From positions 670,537 to 732,365 of the forward strand of contig NMRA01000006.1 of assembly GCA_002633005.1 (NCBI GenBank): a stretch of DNA of 61,829 nucleotides. The letters run 5' to 3'. Below the pieces are notes generated by a model. It did not search any database and was not told the origin of the DNA. It saw only the letters and a program-made list of their open reading frames with translations. Below are positions 1 through 11,900 of the stretch, piece after piece. The DNA comes from Phoronis australis (Eukaryota > Animalia > Phoronida). The number at the start of each line of letters is the position of its first letter. The first letter of the stretch is position 1. The position numbers and the translations under genes are program-made.

Positions 1-103
1 GTGGGGAGGGGGGGTGGTAATGCGTCGTTGGAATCATGGACGCCCTGGAATATTGGGAACCCATTTTGGACACCCTATGTTCGAAATCCTGGATGAAGCC
101 CTG

Positions 104-207
104 ATTTGAGTTTAATTGGACAAGTGTCTTATAGGTCAGAACAAGTAAATTTCATTTCTACTTGTCCGACTGGACAAGTTAAAATAAAAGTTAATGTCGA
201 GCCCTGC
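104..207. mobile_element. hAT-like MITE terminus (ATGTCGAGCCCTG); related termini at ~25798-25810 and 51990-52003
   Basis: The same CAGGGCTCGACAT terminal sequence occurs three times in the window; the opposite ends are not resolved (window edge or assembly gap). Confidence 0.5.
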
Positions 208-325
208 TACCATCAGACTTGTTTCATAGCTACCTTTCGTCATGACAGGTACCGCACTGGAATTCATTCCCTTGATTTCTCAATTGCATGGGACTTGTTG
301 TTTCCATATTCTCTTTATCCTTTAA

Positions 326-1145
326 AGGCGAAGGCAAACCCTTTTCATGCAAAAATAAGGTTCGTTGGTTATCCCAGACATATTTTCCACTTAACTACAG
401 CTTTTCGAATTTAATTAATTATTCGTTCTCTACTCCGGAAGTGACGTTTTGGGAGGCAAGCATTTCGCGCCAATTTCTTTTCATATAGTCTGACTATGAA
501 AGCTGCGGAGTCAGTCATTGTTCTATCGTGGTTGTCTTAAGTTCAGTCGTCGATTGCTATTGTTTACGAGTCAGTCAACATGCCACACTATTGCTGCAAA
601 CCGTGATGTACTCATTATCGTCTCACGGACTGAGGAACAACTGTCCCACTTGCCCGAGTGTATCGCGACACTCCCACTGGATAGTGACCTGAGCACACAA
701 ACTGCTTACACCCCGCGGTGTGACTCCCTTGCCAGACACCTGGCACCTTCTAAATAGCTCCAATACTTTAGACAAGTCCACCATAAACTTATCAAAGTTT
801 GGCTCACCGATGTGTTCATTGAACGCAAACTTCACTCCCACTACTCAACATCGCAGCAGGGCTGCTTACAGGCTTTGGGCCATAATGAGTACACCCGGTA
901 CGCAGCAACAGTGTGGCATGTTGACTGACTCATAAACAAAAGCAAATGATGACCGAACTTATCACAACCAAGGTAGATCAATGACTAACTCGACAGCTCT
1001 CATAGTCAGACTATATGCCTCCCAAAATGTCACTTCCGGAGTTGATTAAATTACGAAAAGCTGTAATTAAGTTGAAAATATGGCTGGGATAACCAACGAA
1101 CCTTATTTTTGCTAAAAATGACATGAAAAAGGGTTGCGTTCACCT
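326..1145. mobile_element. Non-autonomous Kolobok-like DNA transposon with ~290-bp imperfect TIRs
   Basis: TTAA|AGGCGAAG... at 322-333 and ...TTCACCT|TTAA at 1139-1149. 326-620 is an imperfect inverted copy of ~880-1145 (e.g. AAAAATAAGGTTCGTTGGTTATCCCAG / CTGGGATAACCAACGAACCTTATTTTT). TTAA TSD with purine-purine termini fits Kolobok. Confidence 0.75.
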
Positions 1146-2026
1146 TTAATGTGTAGACTGATTTTGCTGAGCTTACAACGCTGGTAAGACCTCACATCAT
1201 TAGTGAGCAAGAGTGTATTGATATATTCACAGCTGATATACCCACATCCCAAAATGTCATAATACCATTGTGATAGCCCGGTATGTACCCACTATGCTGC
1301 ACATTGCCAGGGTCCTTGTACCACTGCAGTGCTCTACTACCGTGCTAATCGCTTTTTACATCAACATTATTTCGACGCTGATGCTAATAAAGTTTAACTG
1401 TTTCACACTGCGTTGCACTGATAACACCAAGACATGCTGTGTGAAGCACCATGTGTTGCTCACTACAAGGTCTGCTCAGCTCAGAACTGGATACTTAGCA
1501 GCCTTACTTTTCCAAAACTGTTTTTCTACCTCCCTGAAAGGGGAGAGTTGAATCCGAGACATGTCTAATAGTATTCCGTTGCGGCCCTGCTGGTCATGTG
1601 TGGAGATTTCTCATTTACTTAATTTTAAGGTTTATAGTTATGTTAACTCTTTACTTATTTTGTGCACAACTTGGCCAATGAGTGAAATTCTGTTTGTTAA
1701 ATTTCTTCATGAAAGTTAAGATTTGGAACATTTAATTAGTCTATTACAAGCAGGCTTTGTGGCATGTATGTGTCTCAAAATAACATGCTTATTGGTAATC
1801 AGCCATTGGAAAAATGACCATTTTGGCAATAAGTTTTGTGCGAAATACATGGAGAATTATTATCTCATAAATGTAGTTAGTCAGAGATGATAGTCACAGA
1901 CTGTTGTTATAGTATGATCACGAGCCTGGCTAGAAGTATTCTACGGGATCCAAATGCATAATTGTTGTTGACCGGGGGTGGGGTTAAAATGAGTCGCAAC
2001 CTGGGAGAACTTGCAATAAACAGGGG

Positions 2027-2135
2027 AAGCATGGCCCTGTTATTCCCCCTCCCTCAGTGGCTATGGCCCCCCTCCTTAGTGACTATGCCCCCCCTCCCTC
2101 AGTGACTGTGCCACCCTCCCTCGGTGGCTATGCCA
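2027..2135. repeat. Degenerate C-rich ~21-bp tandem repeat
   Basis: About 4-5 copies of CCCCCTCCCTCAGTGGCTATG-like units just upstream of the RAE1 exon. Confidence 0.7.
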
Positions 2136-2177
2136 GTGAGTAAGATGTAGTAACTGATGTTTGATCTTCACAAACAG

Positions 2178-4078
2178 GTGAATGACATTGCGTTTCACCC
2201 TGAACATGGTACTCTGGCCACAGTCGGCTCTGATGGAAGATTCAGTTTCTGGGATAAAGATGCCCGGACAAAACTCAAGACATCTGATGCTCTTGATCAG
2301 CCTATCAGTGCTTGTTGCTTTGATCCTCAAGGGAAAATATTTGCATATGCAGCAAGTTATGATTGGTCAAAAGTGAGTACAACCTGTCCAATTCTGTCAT
2401 GTCCACATTATGTTTTAAAACCCATCCGTAATTTATTTCTCATATTTGTTTTGCATTACTGTAAAATTTCTGTGGTCTTTAGATTTGGTAATTTACTGAA
2501 ATCCATTCATGGATGAAATTTTTACTAGAAGCTGATATTTGACAAAGACTTCTCTTGCTACAATGCTCTGCTATACACTAATTTTTGACAATGTGGTAAA
2601 CTCACACAAATTGAAAAGGATATTGAATATGAGTAAAATGTTCATTTTCTCTAAAGTGCTTTGATTCACACTTGTGCTTTTACGGTTTTCAAGTTCAGTA
2701 ACCATAGCTACCAACAGATATTTTGAAAAAAATGTGGACATTCACAACAAAATGAAAGAGGGAAATTCTGGTAATTCTTTTGTCTGAAGAGACCGATCCC
2801 TAATGGTTGAGATTCGCATAAAACACAAATATGCTACCTTTATGACTTGTCCGGCTTCTTTTGTTCAAAGACTTGTAGATTAGACATGACTGTCGGTGAA
2901 AACACTTCCTGCTCTATTTTCTGTCTTGCACATAATTACCCAATCAAGAGCTGTAATTGTTTTGATCATCAAAATATTGTATAGCAAGTTTAGAGATATT
3001 AGATGAGGTCATTATTATGGAGAAATTTAATTTTGTCAAATTTCTCAACAAAAATAACTTTTCAGGAAAATTTACTTTGTTTTTAGCATCTATTGTATGG
3101 GATAGCTGTTACCAAACAAAATTTGAAGAGGTAATGATGTGGTAAGCCTCTGAAGAATAGAAATAAGGCAATTTTTGCAATTATTTTTGTCCCAAATTGA
3201 AGATTTTTTACCCTACAAGGGTTTCAGCATACCCTACAAGGGTTTCAGCATACCCTCCTACCTTGAGGTGGTTGTATCAGAGAACCTATTTGTAACTGGG
3301 TGGTGACTGTCATGGTTCTACTCATAAGAAACATTCATAATTATTTCATTTCATCTATCAGGGTCACGAAGGGTTTGACCCTAAGAAGAAACCACACATT
3401 TTGATGAGATCATGTTACGACGAGTTAAAGCCAAGTTCATCCAAGAAGGTAAGCACTGTCTGAACCTAATACCTTCTCTTTAAAAGCATCTATAAGAAAG
3501 CATTAGGCATTTCTGAAAGAATCTCCAGAAGTGTGCATTTCCCCATTTGATTTTGCATCCAAAAAACCTATGATTGACCACAGCAACATCATTCAGCCAG
3601 CCATGTAATTAGAATACTAACCATGCTTTAGACGTGTAGTCATTCAAAGACCAGAATTTGTAAAAATAGACACTTTGCCTACATGTTCCATGTTTGTGGT
3701 CCGTGCAAGACATGCAAAATGATCCCGAAAGACCCCTTGAGGGTTTTTTCAAAACTTGTTTCTTAAAATGTCCCAGTAGGAAGGTGCTCCAATTTTCAAG
3801 ACCAAGAAAGTGCTAATTAGGTCGAGTCAAAATTGCAAACTTCAAACTTGGATAAATAAATTTGGCAGCCATAAATCTTCCCTATAATCACTTAACTTAA
3901 TTTAGTGTATGGTTTTATCATGTGTAATTAGTTGCTGTAGTAAAAAAACAAAGGGTTCCACCCCAAAAGAAGAGTTAAAACAGCAGATGTGAGCTTGGCA
4001 TGCAAGTTTAATTACAATCCTTTAGTGTAGTGTAATTCGGACCTCTTGATCGACTTGTGTCCTACTCCATTTCAGTGA
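2178..4078 (+). CDS. RAE1: mRNA export factor RAE1/Gle2 (WD40), 3' portion only
   Basis: Exons 2178-2372 ([34 protein letters not shown]...[11 protein letters not shown]) and 3362-3448 ([29 protein letters not shown]), with canonical AG/GT and phase 0. Probable terminal exon begins TTTCAG|TGA at 4076. The sequence matches the RAE1 C-terminal WD repeats; upstream exons lie outside the window. Confidence 0.95.
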
Positions 4079-4294
4079 TCTGACAAGAGCAAGGTGTGAA
4101 TGCCAGAGTTCTAAGGATCCAGGTTTCTAGCAGCTGTATGTGGGTTGCTCCGCAGGCTATAGACAACACTCATCACCACAGTGTCTGAAGTCATGTCACA
4201 GACGGTAGCGTTGTACATGTTGTACATTTTACACAAACTGTGTTGAAGTATGCCCAGTAATCGGCACTATGTAGTTGCGACTGTCTTTTCGTTT

Positions 4295-4300
4295 AATAAA
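4295..4300 (+). terminator. Probable RAE1 polyadenylation signal
   Basis: AATAAA ~220 nt after the predicted stop, followed by T/GT-rich sequence. Confidence 0.6.
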
Positions 4301-4451
4301 ATTTCATCTCATTTACTCCTCGTGTCTGCTGCCCTGTTACAATGCCCAATTTGTGTTAAGGCCAGGTTNCCCCCCCCCCCCCCCCCAAAGAACCACTTAT
4401 ACGATGGACCACACATAAAGAAAACACTTCATGGTTCAATAATTTATCACG

Positions 4452-4457
4452 TTTATT
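4452..4457 (-). terminator. Probable RICTOR polyadenylation signal (3' UTR ~1.5 kb)
   Basis: TTTATT on + (AATAAA on -), lying between the RICTOR stop at 5983 and the RAE1 3' end. Confidence 0.5.
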
Positions 4458-5982
4458 GCACATAACGATTTTAAACTATTCAGACAAAAAGAGAAAATGT
4501 ACCAAATGAATGCAGCAAACAGATTTGATACAATCGATGTATGTCACTTCATACAGTTTGGCTAAATTCCAGAAACAGAAGAATTAGATATGAAAAGATG
4601 CTTAGATTGTAACCCTTGAGTATATTCAAGCTCGTGATTGCTATCGATCGTTCTGGTAAATATGAAGCACAAGGACAACCATAGAAGCATGGACTTCACA
4701 CAGCTGCGCTAAGTGAAGTGAACTGTTTGAAATATAAAAAGAAAAACAACTTGCAATTGCACATTAACAGTACTATTTCGTTGCACAAGTTAGAAATGAC
4801 ACCAATCTACAAATTAAAGTGCCTTTTTAGTTTTACATGGGAGTTGAAATGATGCAGTCATTCACATAAGACCTGTTTACAATAAAAACCTATTGACATG
4901 GACCGTCAACAATTCAAAGACACCTTGCCTGTTTCAACATTACACCTACCATGATTTGCTCTTAATCTGACCAACAGGTGGCGTGCTGGTACTACGCAAT
5001 TGATTCTGCTCATCACTGCCCCCTTCAGGATTGGGTTGCAGACATGGCTTAGAAGAAACACGCATTCAGTGCCAAGACACCACCTACTACTCAAATTGTC
5101 ACCAAATTGTTGAGTCCTGACAAAACTTTCAAAGTTATATTGAATTTCGGCTGTGTTGACAAAATTTCTAATGCACGCTAACAGTCTAGATTTTTTCCGT
5201 CAGTTTCCAGCTCTTTACTAAATCTAGTGTACGATGGTCTTACAAATATAAAGAAGGTTTTTAACAATCAAATATTAAATATGTTTTAAACTAACATTTA
5301 ACAGTATCACAATGATGAAGAAGTAATGAGCAATTTTAGAATAGAATGTACATATTGAAAGAAAATGGCATTAACAGACGCAGAAATATGCACAAAGTAA
5401 AACAGAAAAATTTCCTAGTTAACATAACTATTAACTGAAGCTTAAAGTGGCCGTAAACCAAGTTCCACCCTAGAAACCAACGTTTGGTTAACCCAAACAC
5501 TGCTACAAAATTGATCACAACTTGTTCCTTACTCAAATGAAAAGTGATTTCTACCTTTGCACAAAACTGGTGGTTTGATATTTCTTGACTTGATGCTTGG
5601 CGCATAAAATGACACGCCACAACAAGCCAAACATATCTCGAGCAATAACAAACTGTCGGTTGTTTAGGAGCCCTGAAATTGTCTTCAGTTTAACTTAGGA
5701 ACAACTTGAGACTTATTTCATATCGCTAAGTGGTCTAAAACACAGGCAGGTTTACAGCCACTTTGAATACAGTTTCTTGGCACCTCAACAGTAGCCCATG
5801 TTTACATGGATCTCACCTGCAGGAGATACCATTCAAACCCTGTTTTTATACTGTAACAGTAAGTGTGACAGTAGTTCGTGGAGCATTCAACAGAGGTCCT
5901 TAACAAGCAACCAGCCACTCGGTACTCTCCCCGCCGTGTCACATTCCTGAGTGAACACTAGCACACGAACAGTTCTGTTTGA

Positions 5983-8900
5983 CTAGTTGAAGTTATCAGG
6001 TGGGGCGCTTAAACACTTGAGCTTCTCATCAGGAATGGTTGGGTACTCTGTGAACTGTAGCAGGCTACGTGGTTCATCAAACAGCTAAAGAAATGTATGG
6101 ACATCAGAATTATGACAGTATATCTTTTACCAATGGGTAGTCTGTAATAATCGATATTTCCTATAACATACAGTACGAACGATTCTGAAGGTGCGGGCAC
6201 GTTATATTTGACTATTACCAAGGATTTGATAGAACTCCTCTGTTAATTTCCCATTCTCCAAAGATACCTTCCACTGATATTAGCTTAGGCTAACCACTAA
6301 ACTCCTACCTCCAGTCTTAATTTTGTAAGCTTCTGAAAATCTTGAGAGTTATAGACTACCCCTAACACACTGCACTAAAGACAAAACAGCAATGTTGGGA
6401 GTTTCACCTAAATTTATGCACCATTTGGGACTGTTACATTCTGGCCAGATAATCTTATTTTTTCAAATTCAATATGTGACATGCCAAAATGTGTACAATA
6501 TTAATGAATTCCACACTATGTGAGCACATCCTGAGATCAAAAGTAGATGGATTATTAAGTTTGGACGCAAATATTTTTCAGTGAGGAGTCTTCCTTAGTT
6601 TGTTTTGACATTGTGTTAGAAGGACAAGTTCTCAACCAGGGCAAGTTAAGAGTTAAATTATTTTTCTATGGCTTTCCTGTGTCTGGTGTGGAACTCGTGT
6701 ATTTATGGTGTGTTAAACTGTCTCAAACTTGTTCTATTAGTTTAACAATGCAGGTTTTGGGGCCTCAAAAATCGCACCCAGTCTTACTCTAACCTTGCTG
6801 GACTAGTGGATTCATGTTTGAAAAATACTCAGAGGGCACTGAGGTTTAACAACTTTCGCCTGGCAATTTTATTTTGACGTTTTCCACCTCATTCGTAGGT
6901 GACCTTTTCAATGTAAAACCATCACCTTTTACAGAAAATTAGCAACTGAAAACGTGAAAACTTGTTTGATAATGAATTAGAAAGACATTATTCAGTGATA
7001 ACAGAGCAAAGGTGAAAAACATCCCAAAATGTTCTCCTACAGCTCAGGGACCACTGTCAGACTAAAATACGAAGGTTAAAATTCAAATTAAACTGTTTTT
7101 TCTAGTTAAAGTGCTATACATTCAAACCAATCATTATCTTTGATCAGGAACACAAAAATCCCCCCAAGCAGGATATCTTTGTATTCTCTAACAATAATTG
7201 CCAACAAATTTAACTGGTGTTTCCAGAAATATTCATTGGCAATCAAATACCAACGACTACAACATAATTGTGGAAAAAATCTAAACTTTGTGAAAGCTCA
7301 TAATATCTTGTCTAGCTTCAATACTAAACACTTCAAAACAAATCACAAATGTCAAGAAACAAGGATTCAGCAACATAAATGTAGTTGTTAGACATTGCAT
7401 TTTTTGTTCACAATCTTGTTAGTACGATGAAATGCTGAATGCACTACCAAACAATCTATTGATTGACTGATTGATTGACTGAATGAACTCACCTCATCAA
7501 AAGTGAGATCTTGAAATAGCTCTTGAATAAATCTGCGTGCCTTCAAGCGGAATGAATAGTTGGACAGTAAGTGGCATATTTCGGAGTATAGACAGATGTC
7601 TTGGAATGCCTTGGGAAACTTCTGCTTTAGTCTACAACATATTATTAAGTCACTTGTTAAATACATCCAATTTCATCCTCAGCACAGAGAATGTAAACAA
7701 GAGCAACGCGGAGCATTGAAAGGCACCCACAAATGCATCGCAAATGGTATGCTTTTAGGGTTGTTTATTTGTATCATCAAAATGGCCACTAGATGACGCA
7801 AAATACATTGAATCCGTCTAAAAACCAGAAAATATCATTGTTTCTTTAAAAGAAAGCCACTTACCAAATTTCATTAAAATTCGTTGAGGAACTTCAGAGA
7901 AACAGAGGAAAACTAAAAAAATGAAATTGCCACTAGGGGTAGAGTGTTCTTCGGATCTGTAAAAAGTCGTCTTCTTCTCTTGTTAACTTCATATAAATAC
8001 ACGTGAAAAATTTAATAAAGATCCTGCAGAGGGCTTAGGAGATACAGGTATGGGTGAAAAAAAACACCACTAGGCGGCACCACAGTAGTCGAAGTCATCG
8101 GAAAATTATCGTCAACCGTCCCCTTCATAGAAAGAACATACATGCCAACTTTCACAATCATCCTTACAGTGGTTTGGTTGACAGAGGGACAGACGCCAAA
8201 AAACAGAATCGAAAACAACAAAAATGACCACTAGGTGGCGCAAACTATGTCGAATCCATTCGAAAATGGGAGGATAGCGTCATCTCACTAATTTTATAGA
8301 AATCCGTTGAGGACCTTTGAAGATACAGAGGTAAACGTAAAAAACTAAAATTGCCACTAGGGGGCACACCGGTACACCGATCTGTCCGAAAGTTGTTGTC
8401 GCCCGTTGTCAACTTCATTAAAAACATTTGCTAAATTTAATAAAGATCCTGTAGAACGTTTATGAGATACAGCCATGGGCATAAAAACAAACAAACAAAA
8501 CTGACACTAGCAGGTGCCACAGTAGTCAAAGTCGGAAAATCATCGTCAACTGTCTTCATCATAGTACGAACATATATGCCAATTTTCACAATCAGCCTAA
8601 GAGTGGTTTGGTTGTTAGAGGGGCGGACACCAAAAGAAAACAACTCAAAAGTAATAAAAATGGCCACTAGATGGCGCAAAATGTCTCAAATCCATCCGAA
8701 AACGAGAGGATAGTGTCAACTCATTAATAGATGCCTATGTGCCAAATTTCATGAATATCGGTTGAGAGCCTTAAAAAATACAGAGGCGAACCTAAAAAAC
8801 TAAAATTGCTCCACTTACCCCAGCACAGTGAAACATGGATTTGACCTCATGTTGGTGAATGACGACACTAATTTAAAGTTTGCTCAATAATTAATAGTTT

Positions 8901-11900
8901 GTGTGTAGACTTGCAGATCCTGCTCATGATAATCAGATAGTGCTATTTTTACTGAGCAGCTTCTGCTTATGTCATTGAGTCTGCTTATGTCATTGAGTCT
9001 GCTTATGTCATTGAGTCTGCTTATGTATTGAGTCTGCTTATGTCATTGAGTCTGCTTATGTCATTGAGTCTGCTTATGTCATTGAGCACATGTAAGAAGA
9101 CCTCGTGCCTTAATAACACACAACATCATGATTGTAGATTATATGAGATGTCCTCAAGTCTCACCAAATTTAGCTTATATATCAAAAATGCCTCAGTTTA
9201 TGAACCAAGAGTAAACTTATGTGAAAAATTGTGAGCAGTCTCTGCTCACCAGCAGGCAAGACTTTATGAGAACTCACTACTCATGGCTAAGGAGCGTCGA
9301 CTTATGACAGAAGTCCTTGTGTCTTATTAACCAAGTGTAGACTTACGCAAGCAATCCCTGCTCAGAGCTCTTAGCACCCACTGAGCTGCTCAGGTTGACT
9401 ACAAAACGGAGCACTTCTTTCCTCACCAACATCTGACTGGCTGTGTTCCACTCCAACATACCCTTAGTACCTGGGAAAAAGAATAATGCAATAATTAAAG
9501 AACCAGTACATAATCTATGCATGTCTCATTTTGGCCACATCACACGATGTGGCCAAAAAGTGGTGTGCACACCAGTCTTAGGAATGCTTGCGAATCAACG
9601 CATTGCTCACATACTGTATGCAACCAGTGCCTTCTCATGTACTGGAAAAGCGTCCAGTAGTGTTTAAACCGTTTTAACTGTCATCCATTTATCTTGTGAT
9701 GAGCATTCAACAGCCTGGTGAGCTATTTCTTGGTGATGACCTTATACATTCATAAGCAACTTTGGAACAACAAACTATTTAGCTGCAGTTACAAAACATG
9801 ACCAAAATTAAAAGCCGCATAAAGCTGCATACTGCCCATTTTAGTTGTCACTTCAAAATTAAAAGCCGCATACTGCCCATTTTAGTTGTCACTTGAAACA
9901 TATTGCAAGATCTCGGCCAAAACGAACAGCTGATTTGCAATGTACATAAGGGAAATGGTCACCGTTATGTCACATGACTGACCTATTTCTTTGAATGGAA
10001 TTCCCTGAATTTCCAGGTTGGCCAACCCAATGACTTTACGACATGAACAAGACGTTCTTTGTTCTTGGAACACAAAACCATAGCAGGGAAATTTTTGTTC
10101 TTGCATAAAGTAAAAGGCCCAATTCCAATTGGAGTTTTAGCCTCCTAAACATAGCGATTAGGTTAGTAAAAAACTGTCTGCTTCATTGTTATTGAATATT
10201 GTACAAGTCTTACATTCATCTCTGTGGGGGTGTCAATGTTACTGTTATCAGTAATACCAGACTGGTGTTAGAACTCCTACCTGTGCCAGTATCACTGAGG
10301 CTTGAGCTGACCATGGGGGGTTGTGAGTCACTTGGCCGGCGAGACGATACCCCCTCCTCTTTGACAACAGGCAAGTCATGTGACAAAGCGTCCAGGTTGA
10401 CAAAGTTTCCATTATCCTCACCTATTGTAAGGTATGATACTCTTAAAGTGCCACTTGCAAATTTTTTGCTATCTGCGAATCCAATGAATGTAAACTCATG
10501 GTGATGGTAATATTAAGGGAACTATATTGTGAATAACTCAAACATAAATTGCATAGATAGCTTAAAACGATTACGCAGTTTTATTAGAAAGCCAACTCAT
10601 TCAAAGCAGGACACGGCAGAATTATGAGTCACTAGCAGACACAAACGCAAACCAGACAATGTGAGTGAGAAACTTTCGGATGAGTATTGTGTGACATGTG
10701 AATGAAATAACTCTACTTCTGGGTGATTCCAAAACAAGTATGCAGATGACGAACTCATATCTATCAAAGGCACTTAGATGAATGCTTTTGACTGAAATGT
10801 CACTAAAAATGCAGTTCTACTATGAACTATTAACTGCCGACTCTATTGGTGTCCTCTTCTGATGCAACAGATCACCTGACAAACCTCCCATGCATTTTAA
10901 ATTTTCATGATTTTACCTTAAGAGTTAATTAATGACTGTAATGGGGTCTGAAATTTAATAAATAATAAACTTCAATGTTTTGTGACTTAAAAGCAACTGT
11001 GACCAACAAAAGCTTTTTGTCTCAGTGGTTTCAAAGAACAATGCCACCATCAAACAATTACAAATGCTTATTAATATAAAGGTTTACTTGGTAACAGCTG
11101 TTAAATGTGTTTAAGTACTCAGAAATCTTAGACAAGAGCAACGCAGAGTGCTGACATACGCCTACCATGCGTATTGCATACAGCACAACTACAAGGTATG
11201 ACTACTAAACATTCCCACTAAAGGGAGCAATGCTAGTTAACTTAAAATAGTGTCTAAGAGCTGAAAAGCAAGTCAGCGATGCTGTCTTCAATAGGAGCAC
11301 ACCCTGCTACCTTTCAGCATGAGTCTTCACCGCAACGTACTTGCCAAATTTCATGAACATCCATCAGCTGAAGGAACTTGATAGATATCAAACTAAGACA
11401 AATGCAAAGAATAATAAAAAACTACCACTAGGAGACTCTGCAGCAGTTGGATTTGACTCATAAACAATCAAGGAACTTGGTAGATATTGAGCCATAGGCA
11501 CAAACAAATTAAACTGCCACTAACTAGAGGGTGCCACAGCAGTCAAACCTGTCTGAAAATCATCAGACATGCACACCCCAAAAAACATTCATGCCAATTT
11601 TCATGATGATCCTTAGAGTGATTTGGGCGGTAGAATGACGACTGCCAAAAACCATCCAAAAACCATGATTGTAAACTGTGCTCTCCCGAGTAGGAACACA
11701 TATATCAGTGGTTTGGCTGATAGGATGCCAGAATGACTAGAAAATAATAAAAAAGTGGCTACTGGTTAGCGTATGTTAGCTCAAAACAGTAACAATTTGC
11801 TTCGTAAATTGACACTTATTTGCCAAATTTCATGAAAATCCTTCAAGGAACTCCAAAGATACAGAGGAAAACAGAAAAAACTAAAACTGCCTCTAGGGAG

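Noticed and set aside
2784-2815. Hammerhead-like CTGAAGA-GACC...GGTT-GAGA (also CTGATGA at ~26712 and ~56358)
   Set aside because: The GAAA core is missing or mutated and there is no stem I/III support.
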